Source of the DNA: Podarcis melisellensis
Lineage: Eukaryota
NCBI GenBank assembly: GCA_964234715.1
Contig: OZ174278.1
Strand: one strand, 5' to 3'
Length of the DNA: 33,972 nt
Shown here piece by piece: positions 13,767-24,269 of this stretch. Below the pieces are notes generated by a model that did not search any database, had not been told where the DNA came from, and was given only the letters and a program-made list of their open reading frames with translations. How positions within the stretch are numbered: position 1 is the first letter of the stretch; the number at the start of each line of letters is the position of its first letter. A program made the translations under genes and the position numbers.

Positions 13767-14119
13767 TGTTGGACTTGCGTTCCGTTACTGAGCTGATAAA
13801 GCTCATCCGACGATGATTAACGACCTGAGCCTTTGATAAGGCTCCAAGCACGTTCCCCCATTGCCCAGCGTATACAGCAGCATGCGGAAGGACGAGACAG
13901 TATGAGCTACATGGCTAAAGAGTTTTATTCCTAATAAAAGACAGAAAAGAAACATCCTCTCTCTGTGAGAGCAGAGAGCAACTGAAACACAAAGGAACAG
14001 GAAACCAGAAAACATCACATCCGTCTCCCGTGAGACTTCCAACAGTGTGGAAAGTCTGGAAAGCAAAAAAGAGTCTTGTGACTCCAAGCACTGCATAGTG
14101 GCACAAACAGAAACTAACA
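13767..14119 (-). mobile_element. Solo LTR (353 bp, Copia-like termini)
   Basis: TGTTGG...CTAACA termini; perfect 5-bp TSD CAGAA (13762-13766, 14120-14124); AATAAA on the minus strand at ~13924-13929. Confidence 0.85.
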
Positions 14120-14181
14120 CAGAATAAGTCCTTCAATCTGAAGGTGCTTAGTTAGCATCCAAGCATATGTACCCACTAGAG

Positions 14182-14317
14182 CAGTGTTTCCCAACCTTGT
14201 GCCTCCAGCTGTTTTTGGACTACAATTCCCATCATCCCTTGCCACTGGTCTTGCTAGTCAGGGATGATGGGAGTTGTAGTTCAAAAACAGCTGGAGGCAC
14301 AAGGTTGGGAAACACTG
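14182..14317. mobile_element. Near-perfect palindromic hAT-Charlie MITE (136 bp)
   Basis: Long TIRs CAGTGTTTCCCAACCTTGTGCCTCCAGCTGTTTTT; 8-bp TSD CACTAGAG (14174-14181, 14318-14325). Confidence 0.93.
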
Positions 14318-14470
14318 CACTAGAGAACACTGTATAGTTACATTTCTTTTGTACTTTTGCAGAATTTTGTTTTCTTTTGTCCTGGAAATAACACAAAGGA
14401 TTTGCAAAACCTGCTTGCCAGAGGCGAAGGTAGAGTATGTAGACAAACAATGAGAAGCGACTCATCTGTT

Positions 14471-14494
14471 TTCTTCTTCTTCTTCTTCTTCTTC
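14471..14494. repeat. (TTC)n microsatellite
   Basis: Directly visible. Confidence 0.9.
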
Positions 14495-15219
14495 CCCAAA
14501 ATGGCTTCAGTGCTCTGACAAAGCTGTCTTCCGTCTCAATGGCCTTGCTAGTGAATCTGGACAAAATGTACACTCTGTCTTGAGAAGCATTTCTCAGCTG
14601 GTACTTTCCTCAAGCAACTAATATTTCCTAATTTAAATTCCTTTTTAATACTCACACCTGCTCCCATCTCAGTATCAGGTGAATCACAATGTTCATAATA
14701 TAGGAAACACATAATTTATTCACTGCTTCCCTTATTTGTATGTTATCGTAGTAGTCACCCAAGTGAAAAATCTAAATGGTCCCTTACCATCACTACCACT
14801 TGGACTGGACCTCATTTTTTAAGGGGCATAGCGGTCCCTACTTTTTGCTGAAGTGGTAAGGCTGTGCCTGGGCTGTGTGGAAAGTAAGAGTCAAGGAGGA
14901 CATAGACGGGAATGCTCACTTCCCCAAACCACAGTTTGGAGGAGGTCACGAAAGCAGCCATAGTATCTGTGACGGAATGGTAACTTTAGAATGCGTAAAG
15001 CACTCCTGCCACTCCTGTGGAAATGTATTATGGAAATTCAGATTATCAAAGACTGCATCCCTACCCTACACTCAGCTCTCACCAGTAGTGAGAGAAGCTG
15101 TCAGCATGAGAAAGCAGCTGCACCCTGGGAACAGTTTTGACAAGTTGGCTAAACCAGGTGAAGATAGCTGATGGGTCTCAAACCCTTGGTGAGTGGGGTG
15201 GGCCAATTCCCCACCCATG

Positions 15220-15268
15220 GTGTAGACAGTGCTGAGCTAGGTGGACCGGGCTAGCTTCCTATGTTCCT
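15220..15268 (+). mobile_element. Squam3-like SINE 3' fragment
   Basis: GTGTAGACAGTGCTGAGCTAGGTGGACC..GCTTCCTATGTTCCT tail. Confidence 0.6.
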
Positions 15269-15299
15269 GACTGAACCATCCTGGTTTGGAGGGCTCATT

Positions 15300-15420
15300 G
15301 GGTGGTATTCAACTAAGTTTCACTCAAGAGTGGACCCATCAAAATTAATAGACTTAGCTGACTCATGTTCATTAATTTCAGTGTCGCTCCCTCTGAGTAA
15401 AAATTAGTTGAAAACCACCC
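15300..15420. mobile_element. Palindromic MITE (possibly PIF/Harbinger-derived); related copies at ~11880-12195 and ~33248-33345
   Basis: TIRs GGGTGGTATTCAACTA / TAGTTGAAAACCACCC with internal ACTCA/TGAGT symmetry. Confidence 0.7.
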
Positions 15421-17520
15421 ACTCAAGCCAGTTTGCTGTTCAGGCATTTTGGAAACAATGATCTGAATAGACAACACATGTGAAATGCTTGAGCTCATTG
15501 CTGAGTCCAACCATCTAAACCATGGTTGGGGGGAACTGTAAGAATGCTGCCAGCATCTTCCCCCATAAAAATGAATCTTACATCATATATGCACAGGTGT
15601 CAACATAGGTCAACAGTTGTGGACACAAACTTTCGGATAAGCTTTGGGACCTATGTATAATGATGTTTTATGGAAGGCCTCTAGGCTAATTCATTCATAT
15701 AGCAGCGCTCCTGAATGTCTTGTACACAAATGTCCTCAGGTTAGAACTTGTACACATTCCTATGGAGAAAGTAACAAGGCAATGTTACCATAAATACAGG
15801 CATACCTGTTTAAATATGATCGCTGCGATTCATTCAGGTGAATCTAAAATGTGAATCCAGGTATGTGGAACTACCTATACTATACCATTAATAGATATAA
15901 CCACCTATTGGGTTGACTTTTTATATAGACTATTAATGTTGACTAAAAGATATGTAATATTAATATCCATCAAGTTATTGAGCAACATGGGAGTATTTTG
16001 ATTGTTTGAAAACCAATTGCGTGTGTGCAGTGAAAAGAATATTAATGAAGTTACCAAAATTTTGTTACCGTTATCAACTGCATAGGATTTGAATCAGAAA
16101 TCCCTCACCTTTTCTTGCTTTGCTTAATTGCTATGCCTTTTTTTTGCAAAGCTTAGGACAAAATTTGCATATAAAAGTAGAGGGTGCTTTGAGATAATCA
16201 AATGCTCCAGTAGGAAGAAAATGATCAGATGATTAATTTGTATTAATGAAGATTCGGGGGGGGGGGTTAGATTCACAGCCTAATCTCTAGCAGAACAGCT
16301 GCTGTGGAAATAAATAGGCTGAAGATGACAAATGCCTGAATCTCCATGCAACTGCTGGAATCTGGTATGAACAGCAGTGGATAGATCTCTCCATAAATGA
16401 AAGAAGACTCTTCTAAAATATACAGAACTAACCATTGTTATGATACTAGGGTGGGTGTTTAAAAACTGAACACAGGGAAAAGGGTAATCCATACACAGGC
16501 AGGACCACACTGAACAAAATCTCATCCACCACTGAGATAAGAAGTGACTCCTTATAAATAAAAATGATACAGCACATTGCAAAATCGATTTTACTAGACG
16601 GTAAATTGTACAATCAATGTAAAATGTCAGGATCCAAATTCACAATATTGCAGTTCTACCTCTCTGTCTCTTTTTAAGAACATTATATGATTTTAATTTT
16701 TTTTATAGATGTAACTCTTCCCAAAGAGCAAATTTATTTTATTTTAAATATAATCATAAATCTTCTAGAAAGTACCTTTAAGCTACAATCCTATAACTAC
16801 TTTCCTGGAAGAAGGGTTAACACAACTTACTTCTAAGCAAACACACCTAGTAAATTATGCTCTTAATTTAGTATATTTTCTATCACAGTAGCAGACATCC
16901 CTTTGCATAATGTTGTCTTGGCTAAGCAGGTTGGGCTATGGATCTGACCCAAAATAAGAGTTGTCATTTTAAAAAGATTATGGAGCCCGAATACACAGTC
17001 TATGGACACTGTGGTTGCAATGGTCCTTCTCCTAAGACATTGCTCACCTATTCTCAGATTTTATGAAGTCAGTATTGTCACATCATGGAGCCCTGCAGGA
17101 CCATATACAGCTTGTGATTTGTGTTAGCATCATTTGATGTCCCCTGAGCCACAAAGTTAGAATATGTGCAAAACTGGGATACAATTGGTTTCATCTACAA
17201 ACTTCTAATAAATTGGTATTTCAGCTCTCAGCAACATTCTGGTAGGAAAAACTACATAAAGTAAATAAGGAAACATTGTCAAACTATATCTGCGGTCCGT
17301 ATGTATGTTGAGAGTAATAATTCACATACATGTAAATGTGGGCTGAAAATTAAGCTGGTTGTGTTTTGGTGTAATCAAATGAGTGCTTAGCTGAAAGATT
17401 TGCAATCTCAATGTTCTGATCTGGATGTAATATATCTTGGTATATTAACCTGAGAAGTGCATTATAATTCAACCTGCGAGCTCTGCCAATCCGTGGCCCA
17501 CATGGGTATATTTACCTAAG

Positions 17521-17664
17521 CAGGGGTGCCAGCTTGGCACCACGACAGTGGGTGCCAAGCAGCGTGCATGGCCCTGGCACTGAAATTTGTGGGTGCCTGG
17601 CCGCTTCATGGGGAATTTTGTGGGTGCTCAGGCACCAAGCGAGCCCAGGGGCCCAGCACCTATG
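17521..17664. mobile_element. Older hAT MITE
   Basis: CAGGGGTGC / GCACCTATG ends, GGTGCC/GGCACC repeats, degenerate TSD TACCTAAG / TACTAAAG. Confidence 0.5.
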
Positions 17665-18352
17665 TACTAAAGTTGCCTGTTACATATAAACTGAGAAGGA
17701 TGTACACAAGCTTCAGAACAAACCAGGAAGAAGGAAATGGTAGTACACTACAGAATAATATCTGGCTCCCAGATAATACTTGCACTTTGCTGAGACTCAG
17801 TTGCCTATACTAGCACAGGGAAGTAGAATGGGCAGAACCCTAAAATGGATTTGGGGCTGTACTTTCCCATGTCAGATGGCTGGAGTTAAGTACCTTGCAC
17901 AACTACCTGCCTATTATATACATGCCTCTCATTTTTATTTATTTATTTGGCAAATAAACTTACATCCATTAAAAATCTCAATCAAGTTTATCATATTAAA
18001 TATTAGATATCCCCCACTCTGTGTATATGCATTTCCTTTCTCTGTCATAGATATATTATTATATAAAGTTTAGTTTGTCTTGCTTGGTCTAATTCAAGAC
18101 AAATTTTAGTCCCCTCCTTTTTTTCTAGTTCCAGGAGCTCAGGTATTACATGAAGGTAAGCAAAGGCTGTTCCATCTATTTCCTGTGCAATAACAGGAAC
18201 TTTATATAAATGCTGGAGTGCAGGAATACTTCAGGACTGTGGCAAAATTATTCTCTCTAAGAAGGTTTATTGGGCTAATTTTCATCTGTCACCCAGCTCC
18301 AAGAGCACTGTTTGATGATGCTAGATGAAACATTCTAATCAGATCATATTAT

Positions 18353-18639
18353 TTGTTTGTTGTTGTTTAGTCATTTAGTTGTGTCCGACTCTTTGTGACC
18401 CCATAGACCAAAGCACGCCAGGCGCTCCTGTCTTCCATTGCCTCCCGCAGTTTGGTCAAACTCATGCTGGTAGCTTTGAGAACACTGTCCAACCATCTCG
18501 TCCTCTGTCGTCCTCTTCTTGTGCCCTCCATGTTTCCCAGCATGAGGGTCTTTTCCTGGGAGTCTTCTCTTCTCATGAGGTGGCCAAAGTATTGGAGTCT
18601 CAGCTTCAGGATCTGACCTTCCAGTGAGCAGTCAGGGCT
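18353..18639 (-). mobile_element. Bov-B (RTE) LINE 5'-truncated copy
   Basis: Translates SLEGQILKLRLQYFGHLMRREDS.EKTLMLG; (AAC)n tail; TSD GATCATATTAT (18342-18352, 18640-18650). Confidence 0.93.
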
Positions 18640-19808
18640 GATCATATTATGCCAAATGTGATTATTGATTAAAAGCTTTGAGGGTTGGGTAAAATAAAGC
18701 CCCATGAAGCCTACAACATAAACACATATGGCTGGTGTAGAAACAACTCTCTTAATACTTAATACAACAATCTCAATCTCTTAATACTGGTTGAAACTAG
18801 ATTAGGAGTGAGCCACGAGACCACTCTCTTTCCCACCAAAACAGACCCTACTTGACTGCACACTGACATTAATAAATCCTGGTTCAGAGAGAAACTGTTT
18901 ATGATTCAATATTGTTAACACTGGTACTAATATAAGTCATAGTCACATAAAGACAGGGAGGGGGTAATTTGCATGCAATCAGTGATTGGAATGGGAGAAG
19001 AGAGTACATGAACTGCCTTGGAACCTAAAGTTCAAAGGTGAGATTTAAGTATTTTAAGCTAAATGTTGTTGGACTATAACTCTCGCTAACTCTAACCATT
19101 GATCATGCTGGTTGGAGCTGATGGGAGTTGGAACAACATCTGAAAGGCCACAGGTTCCCATGTTTGCTTATTTTTTTTTAAAGAGGATCTTAAAACCTGA
19201 TCCAGACCTCTTAGCTATGGTTAAATGAATATACCATACCATTTTCCTGTAATTACATTTTAAAGTTTAATTTGAACATTTACTATACAGAGCATTGAAT
19301 GACCAGAGAGAAAAGTCTTATAATGAAATTTTAATTATACTTATTTTAATAAAATAGTGAAATTAGCAAACATAATCCACAGCCTAGTTAATGTCAAAGT
19401 TCTTTGATTTCAGTCATTTTAGTTCCACTGAGGTCAACAAGATTAAAATCAGCTACTTTATCAAAATAATTAAAATCACTGCGCTGGGATCATACTTAAG
19501 ATTTTTTCCCTCCTTTCTGGTAAATGTTTCTATTGAAGCTAACTTCAAAGGATTTTTTGGGGTAAATAATAATAATAATATCAGCATCAAACATACTTTT
19601 CAGGCCACGATGTAAAGCTCTTCAGACAGCTCTGTTCTACATTTGCGATGTGAAAATTATTAATTGCAAATTCCCAAAAGAATCAGAAAGATCTCTTGGG
19701 AGAATTTTGGGGCGTACTGCATGATATAGTGATATGAAACAGACTCAGAGAGGTTTTTCTTTTGTGGGGGGGGGGGAGCTGCTGCTGCTGCTACAAAACC
19801 CTGTTCCA

Positions 19809-19981
19809 TGAGGGCACAAGGAGAAGGGGACGACAGAGGACAAGATGGTTGGACAGTGTTCTCGAAGCTACCATCATGACTTTGACCAAACTGTGGGAGG
19901 CAGTGGAAGACAGGAATGCCTGGCATGCTCTGGTCCATGGGGTCATGAAGAGTCGGACACAACTAAATGACTAAACAACAA
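19809..19981 (+). mobile_element. Bov-B 3' end fragment
   Basis: EGTRRRGRQRTRWLDSVLEAT.. followed by GACTAAACAACAA tail. Confidence 0.9.
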
Positions 19982-20028
19982 ATTGGTGGCTGAGGTATGT
20001 ATCTTTACAGTGTGCTATGAGACACATG

Positions 20029-20065
<37 letters not shown>

Positions 20066-20112
20066 GGTTTTGGTGTCCTCGGGTGTCTTCCCGTGTAAAA
20101 GTTGGGGTGTCT

Positions 20113-20154
20113 AGGCGACGTTTCGACGAGGTCTCACTCGTCATCTTCAGGCTG
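20113..20154 (-). ncRNA. Minimal hammerhead motif, inverted pLTR copy 1 (sense in NALCN pre-mRNA)
   Basis: Exact reverse complement of 22310-22351. Confidence 0.6.
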
Positions 20155-20522
20155 GTGCTTTCGGCTTCTTGTTACTGGAACAGAGCAGGATCTCAGTGTT
20201 TGAGTTCCTATAAATACTGTTGAGGGGGTGTGGTGTATAGCCTCCAATGTTCTGGGCAGAGAGGAAGTTCCCAGGCTAGTGTGCCTTTTCTTCTTTTGTT
20301 CCTTAATTAGTAATAAATTAGTAATTAATTTATTTAAGTAATAAATTAGTAATTAAGGAACAAACGTCGCCTAGACACCCCAACTTTTACACGGGAAGAC
20401 ACCCGAGGACACCAAAACCTGCATTCCTGTACCCGTGAAAATCTACGAAAGCATATATATATATATATATATGCAGGTTTTGGTGTCCTCGGGTGTCTTC
20501 CCGTGTAAAAGTTGGGGTGTCT

Positions 20523-20564
20523 AGGCGACGTTTCGACGAGGTCTCACTCGTCATCTTCAGGCTG
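20523..20564 (-). ncRNA. Minimal hammerhead motif, inverted pLTR copy 2 (sense in NALCN pre-mRNA)
   Basis: Exact reverse complement of 22310-22351. Confidence 0.6.
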
Positions 20565-20887
20565 GTGCTTTCGGCTTCTTGTTACTGGAACAGAGCAGGA
20601 TCTCAGTGTTTGAGTTCCTATAAATACTGTTGAGGGGGTGTGGTGTATAGCCTCCAATGTTCTGGGCAGAGAGGAAGTTCCCAGGCTAGTGTGCCTTTTC
20701 TTCTTTTGTTCCTTAATTACTTGAGGGATATCTTGAGTGATTTCTTGAGTGATATCCTGAGTACCACTTAGGTGGGTCATTAGGTGTGGATTAGTTGCTA
20801 AAGTCTTTGTGTCTTGACCTCTTGAACTTTGTGAAGAGTTTTTCTGAGAAGATGGCTGTACTGCACTTAGTTGTGCTCTGGCTATGA

Positions 20888-22330
20888 TATGTTGACGACA
20901 CCTTTGTAATTTGGCCACACGGGAAGGAAAAACTGGATAGCTTCCTCACACATCTCAACAGCCTACACCCCAAAATACAATTCACTATGGAAATAGAAGC
21001 CAACAACCAACTTCCGTTCCTTGACGTCCTAATCTACAAAAAACCTGATGGCTCCCTAGGACACACTATCTACCGGAAAAAAACACACACCAACCGCTAC
21101 TTACATGCACAATCACACCACCACCCTGCACAAATAAACTCCGTAGCCAAGACTCTCATCTCCAGAACCAAACGCCTGGCTGACAAAGACCACTTGACAA
21201 CTGAGTTACAGAATCTCTCTAATGTGTTAATTGCCAATGGATACCAGCAAAACAGGGTTACGAAGCTAATCCAAAAAGAAACACCCCCCAAAAACCAAGA
21301 CACAGAAGAAAACAATGGCATGGCCCTCCTTCCTTATATCAAGGGCACTACAGATAAAATTAGCAAAATCCTCCATAAACACAATATCAAAACAGCCTTT
21401 TGCACCAACCAAAAAATAGCCAATATCCTCAGAAACCCCAAGGATAAAATCCAGTTGGAAAACCAAGGGGTCTATGAAATACCCTGCAAAGTCTGCCCAG
21501 CCACGTACATTGGACAAACAAACAGACGAATAAATGCACGTATCGCAGAACACAAGAATGCCGTCAAAAAAGAAGAAAAAACTTCCTCTCTTTTCCAACA
21601 CATGAAAGAAACAGGACACGAAATTAATTTTGCAGATTCCAAATTGCTCTTTAACATGGAACATCACCACAAGAGAATAATCATGGAAGCCATCGAGATA
21701 GAGAAACACCCTCACAACATGAACAAGCGTGACGACACATCCCGCTTGCCAGACATCTGGAAATTAGCCCTCCCCACAAAAACTGACACCAGATCCAGAG
21801 GCACACAGAACGCCATCACCAATCAACCACACCAGACCCAAACCCAGACCCTCTCCACAGATAAATTACAGACACCATCCAGTAGCCAAACCATGGTGGC
21901 ACCTCCGGATGCTGCACCCCCCTGCAATCCCTACACAGATCTGGCTGACACAGGCCACAAAACCACAGCTCGCCCCTATACACGAAGCCAAGCCAGAGCA
22001 CAACTAAGTGCAGTACAGCCATCTTCTCAGAAAAACTCTTCACAAAGTTCAAGAGGTCAAGACACAAAGACTTTAGCAACTAATCCACACCTAATGACCC
22101 ACCTAAGTGGTACTCAGGATATCACTCAAGAAATCACTCAAGATATCCCTCAAGTAATTAAGGAACAAAAGAAGAAAAGGCACACTAGCCTGGGAACTTC
22201 CTCTCTGCCCAGAACATTGGAGGCTATACACCACACCCCCTCAACAGTATTTATAGGAACTCAAACACTGAGATCCTGCTCTGTTCCAGTAACAAGAAGC
22301 CGAAAGCACCAGCCTGAAGATGACGAGTGA
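20888..22330 (+). CDS. 5'-truncated PLE ORF: RT C-terminal part (from YVDD) + GIY-YIG endonuclease + low-complexity tail; first ATG at 20987
   Basis: YVDDTFVIWPHG..LPFLDV..YRKKTHTNRYL; GVYEIPCKVCPATYIGQT (21467-21520) with CxxC and H..H zinc ligands; EAIEI..NMN; open for 480 codons; in-frame TGA immediately upstream (20885-20887). Confidence 0.9.
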   Translation, partial: YVDDTFVIWPHGKEKLDSFLTHLNSLHPKIQFTMEIEANNQLPFLDVLIYKKPDGSLGHTIYRKKTHTNRYLHAQSHHHPAQINSVAKTLISRTKRLADKDHLTTELQNLSNVLIANGYQQNRVTKLIQKETPPKNQDTEENNGMALLPYIKGTTDKISKILHKHNIKTAFCTNQKIANILRNPKDKIQLENQGVYEIPCKVCPATYIGQTNRRINARIAEHKNAVKKEEKTSSLFQHMKETGHEINFADSKLLFNMEHHHKRIIMEAIEIEKHPHNMNKRDDTSRLPDIWKLALPTKTDTRSRGTQNAITNQPHQTQTQTLSTDKLQTPSSSQTMVAPPDAAPPCNPYTDLADTGHKTTARPYTRSQARAQLSAVQPSSQKNSSQSSRGQDTKTLATNPHLMTHLSGTQDITQEITQDIPQVIKEQKKKRHTSLGTSSLPRTLEAIHHTPSTVFIGTQTLRSCSVPVTRSRKHQPEDDE

Positions 22331-22351
22331 GACCTCGTCGAAACGTCGCCT
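22310..22351 (+). ncRNA. Minimal type I hammerhead ribozyme motif in the pLTR
   Basis: CUGAAGA 22314-22320, stem II GACGAG/CUCGUC, GAAA 22340-22343, palindromic ACGU stem III, GUC cleavage triplet ending 22347; stem I is weak (2 bp next to the core). Confidence 0.6.
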
Positions 22352-22429
22352 AGACACCCCAACTTTTACACGGGAAGACACCCGAGGACACCAAAACCTG
22401 CATTCCTGTACCCGTGAAAATCTACGAAA

Positions 22430-22493
<64 letters not shown>

Positions 22494-24269
22494 GCATCAA
22501 TGGGAAATGAAACAGAGAAAGACTTGTAAAAAATAACAACAAAAAACTCCCTACTGCAGTGGAACATAAAATAGTTCATGAAAGTGCAAATGAATGTCGG
22601 AAGAGTGAGGCATTGTTGATATATCCCTAGATGGGAGCTGTAGTCAAACGATAGTTGAACAACAACAGGTTGGGGAATACTGGGTTTATAAGGACGACGT
22701 TTCCCTCTCCCTTTACAGGCCTCACTCATCTGAAACTGAGTGAGTTCTGACACTATGGAGGGACAGGTGTGGGATAGATACCCAGTTTTTTTGTGACATT
22801 ATGTCTGCCATAAAAATGTCGGCCCATATTCCACCTCCCGCCCCCCCCCTAATACAATTTACTCTGGTAGAATGAGGGTGTGTGTGCATTTTTCAAAGCC
22901 TTGGATTGTCTTGGGGAAATGATCTGAATTTCCCCCGATTAAAAAACTCAGCCCATCACCCCACAACCACCACTTTAATGTCAAAACGCAATTCTGGAAT
23001 GTAATCTGAGCCTTGTTGCTATGGTGTCGTTTCAAATACTCACATCTCTTTTCTATAGAAAATTCTTAGTATTGTACTGAAATAAAAACAAGCCCACATT
23101 TAAAAGAATGCCATTTCAAAGAAATCAAGGCAATTTTGCTACCTCCTCTACTGGGGGAAAAAATAAATAAAGCAGAAAGGAGATATGTAGATGGGGAAGG
23201 GGGGGGGGAATGCTGAAGGAGGATCCATAATGATTCCCCAAATCTGGCAGTTTTACTTTATAATGCTGGACACAGTTTATATACACAAAGTAATCAAACA
23301 CAGTTTTATACAGCTGCAGAAAATTGAAGGATTTCCTACTTTGGTGGGGCAGTGGTGGTGGAACAACTATACTCCCAATTCTCAAAAAGCTTTGAAGACA
23401 TAAATTACACATCTATTAGGAGAACTATGCATTAAAGAATTTCAGAATGTATGATTATGTCTAGAATGTGCATCTTACACTTAAGCCTCTATACATTTGA
23501 TGGGTGGCCTCAGGTAGACTGGGGGGAATAGGGTGGTGGTAATCCACAGTGGTAGAATGGACTTCACGGGACTTCAGTCTGCAGGTAGGGGAAACATAGT
23601 ATTTTTGACCACATCCCTGCATCATCATCATCGTTGTTATGTTTAAAAAACCCTGCAAGCAGAAAAGTAGCACACAAGGGAGTGGACTGGCCTGGAACTT
23701 CCATCTCAGTTGCAGCCAGCACTCTCCCTACAGAGACATCAGTGCTGCTTATTGGGGTGGTGTGGGGGCGGTGATATCAGAGCTGTGAAGCACTGGTGGA
23801 TCTGATCTTCTGCTCTCATTGGTGCACCTGCACAATGAGGCTTTTGCAAACCATGTCCAGCCTGCCATGGTCCTCCCCTGGCCTGCCAAGTTGTGCTGGG
23901 TCATTGAAGGAACTGCTTTGGAAGAAACTGTTTTGGGAAGGGCTGAAGCTCAATGGAAGAGCACCTGCTTCGTTTTCCCTGTGGTGCAGCTTCAACTTCT
24001 TAAACTGTTTCCCATAATTGTGTGTACTGGAAACATGGGGCGAGATTCGCCCAACAGACTCCATCAGCAGAAGCCCTGGGCAAGGACCCCCACTTACACA
24101 ATGGGGCTTCCACCCTCCACCCTCCCACTGCACTCCTGAAATTGGCTCTGGGGGATCTGGAGAACTCCCTGAACAGCTCAGCAAGATAAAGGGAGATTGT
24201 TCCATCTGACAAACTGCAATGCTTATGCTAACTCCAAGTTCATAACAGTACAAAACTGAATTCCACCCG

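Larger units (their letters stand above)
20031..22491 (+). mobile_element. Penelope-like element (Penelope/Poseidon type) complex with inverted pLTRs, embedded in (TA)n
   Basis: (AT)16 - inverted pLTR 20062-20309 - filler - short direct pLTR 20348-20452 - (AT)10 - inverted pLTR 20472-20883 - body 20879-22431 - (AT)30; repeat copies appear identical. Confidence 0.93.

Noticed and set aside
16163-16176. Octamer ATTTGCAT overlapping TATAAAA as a promoter or enhancer
   Set aside because: Several octamers occur in this AT-rich window; compatible with chance without conservation data
22241-22753. 170-aa ORF with IYIYIY repeat
   Set aside because: Artefact of the (TA)n array and antisense pLTR
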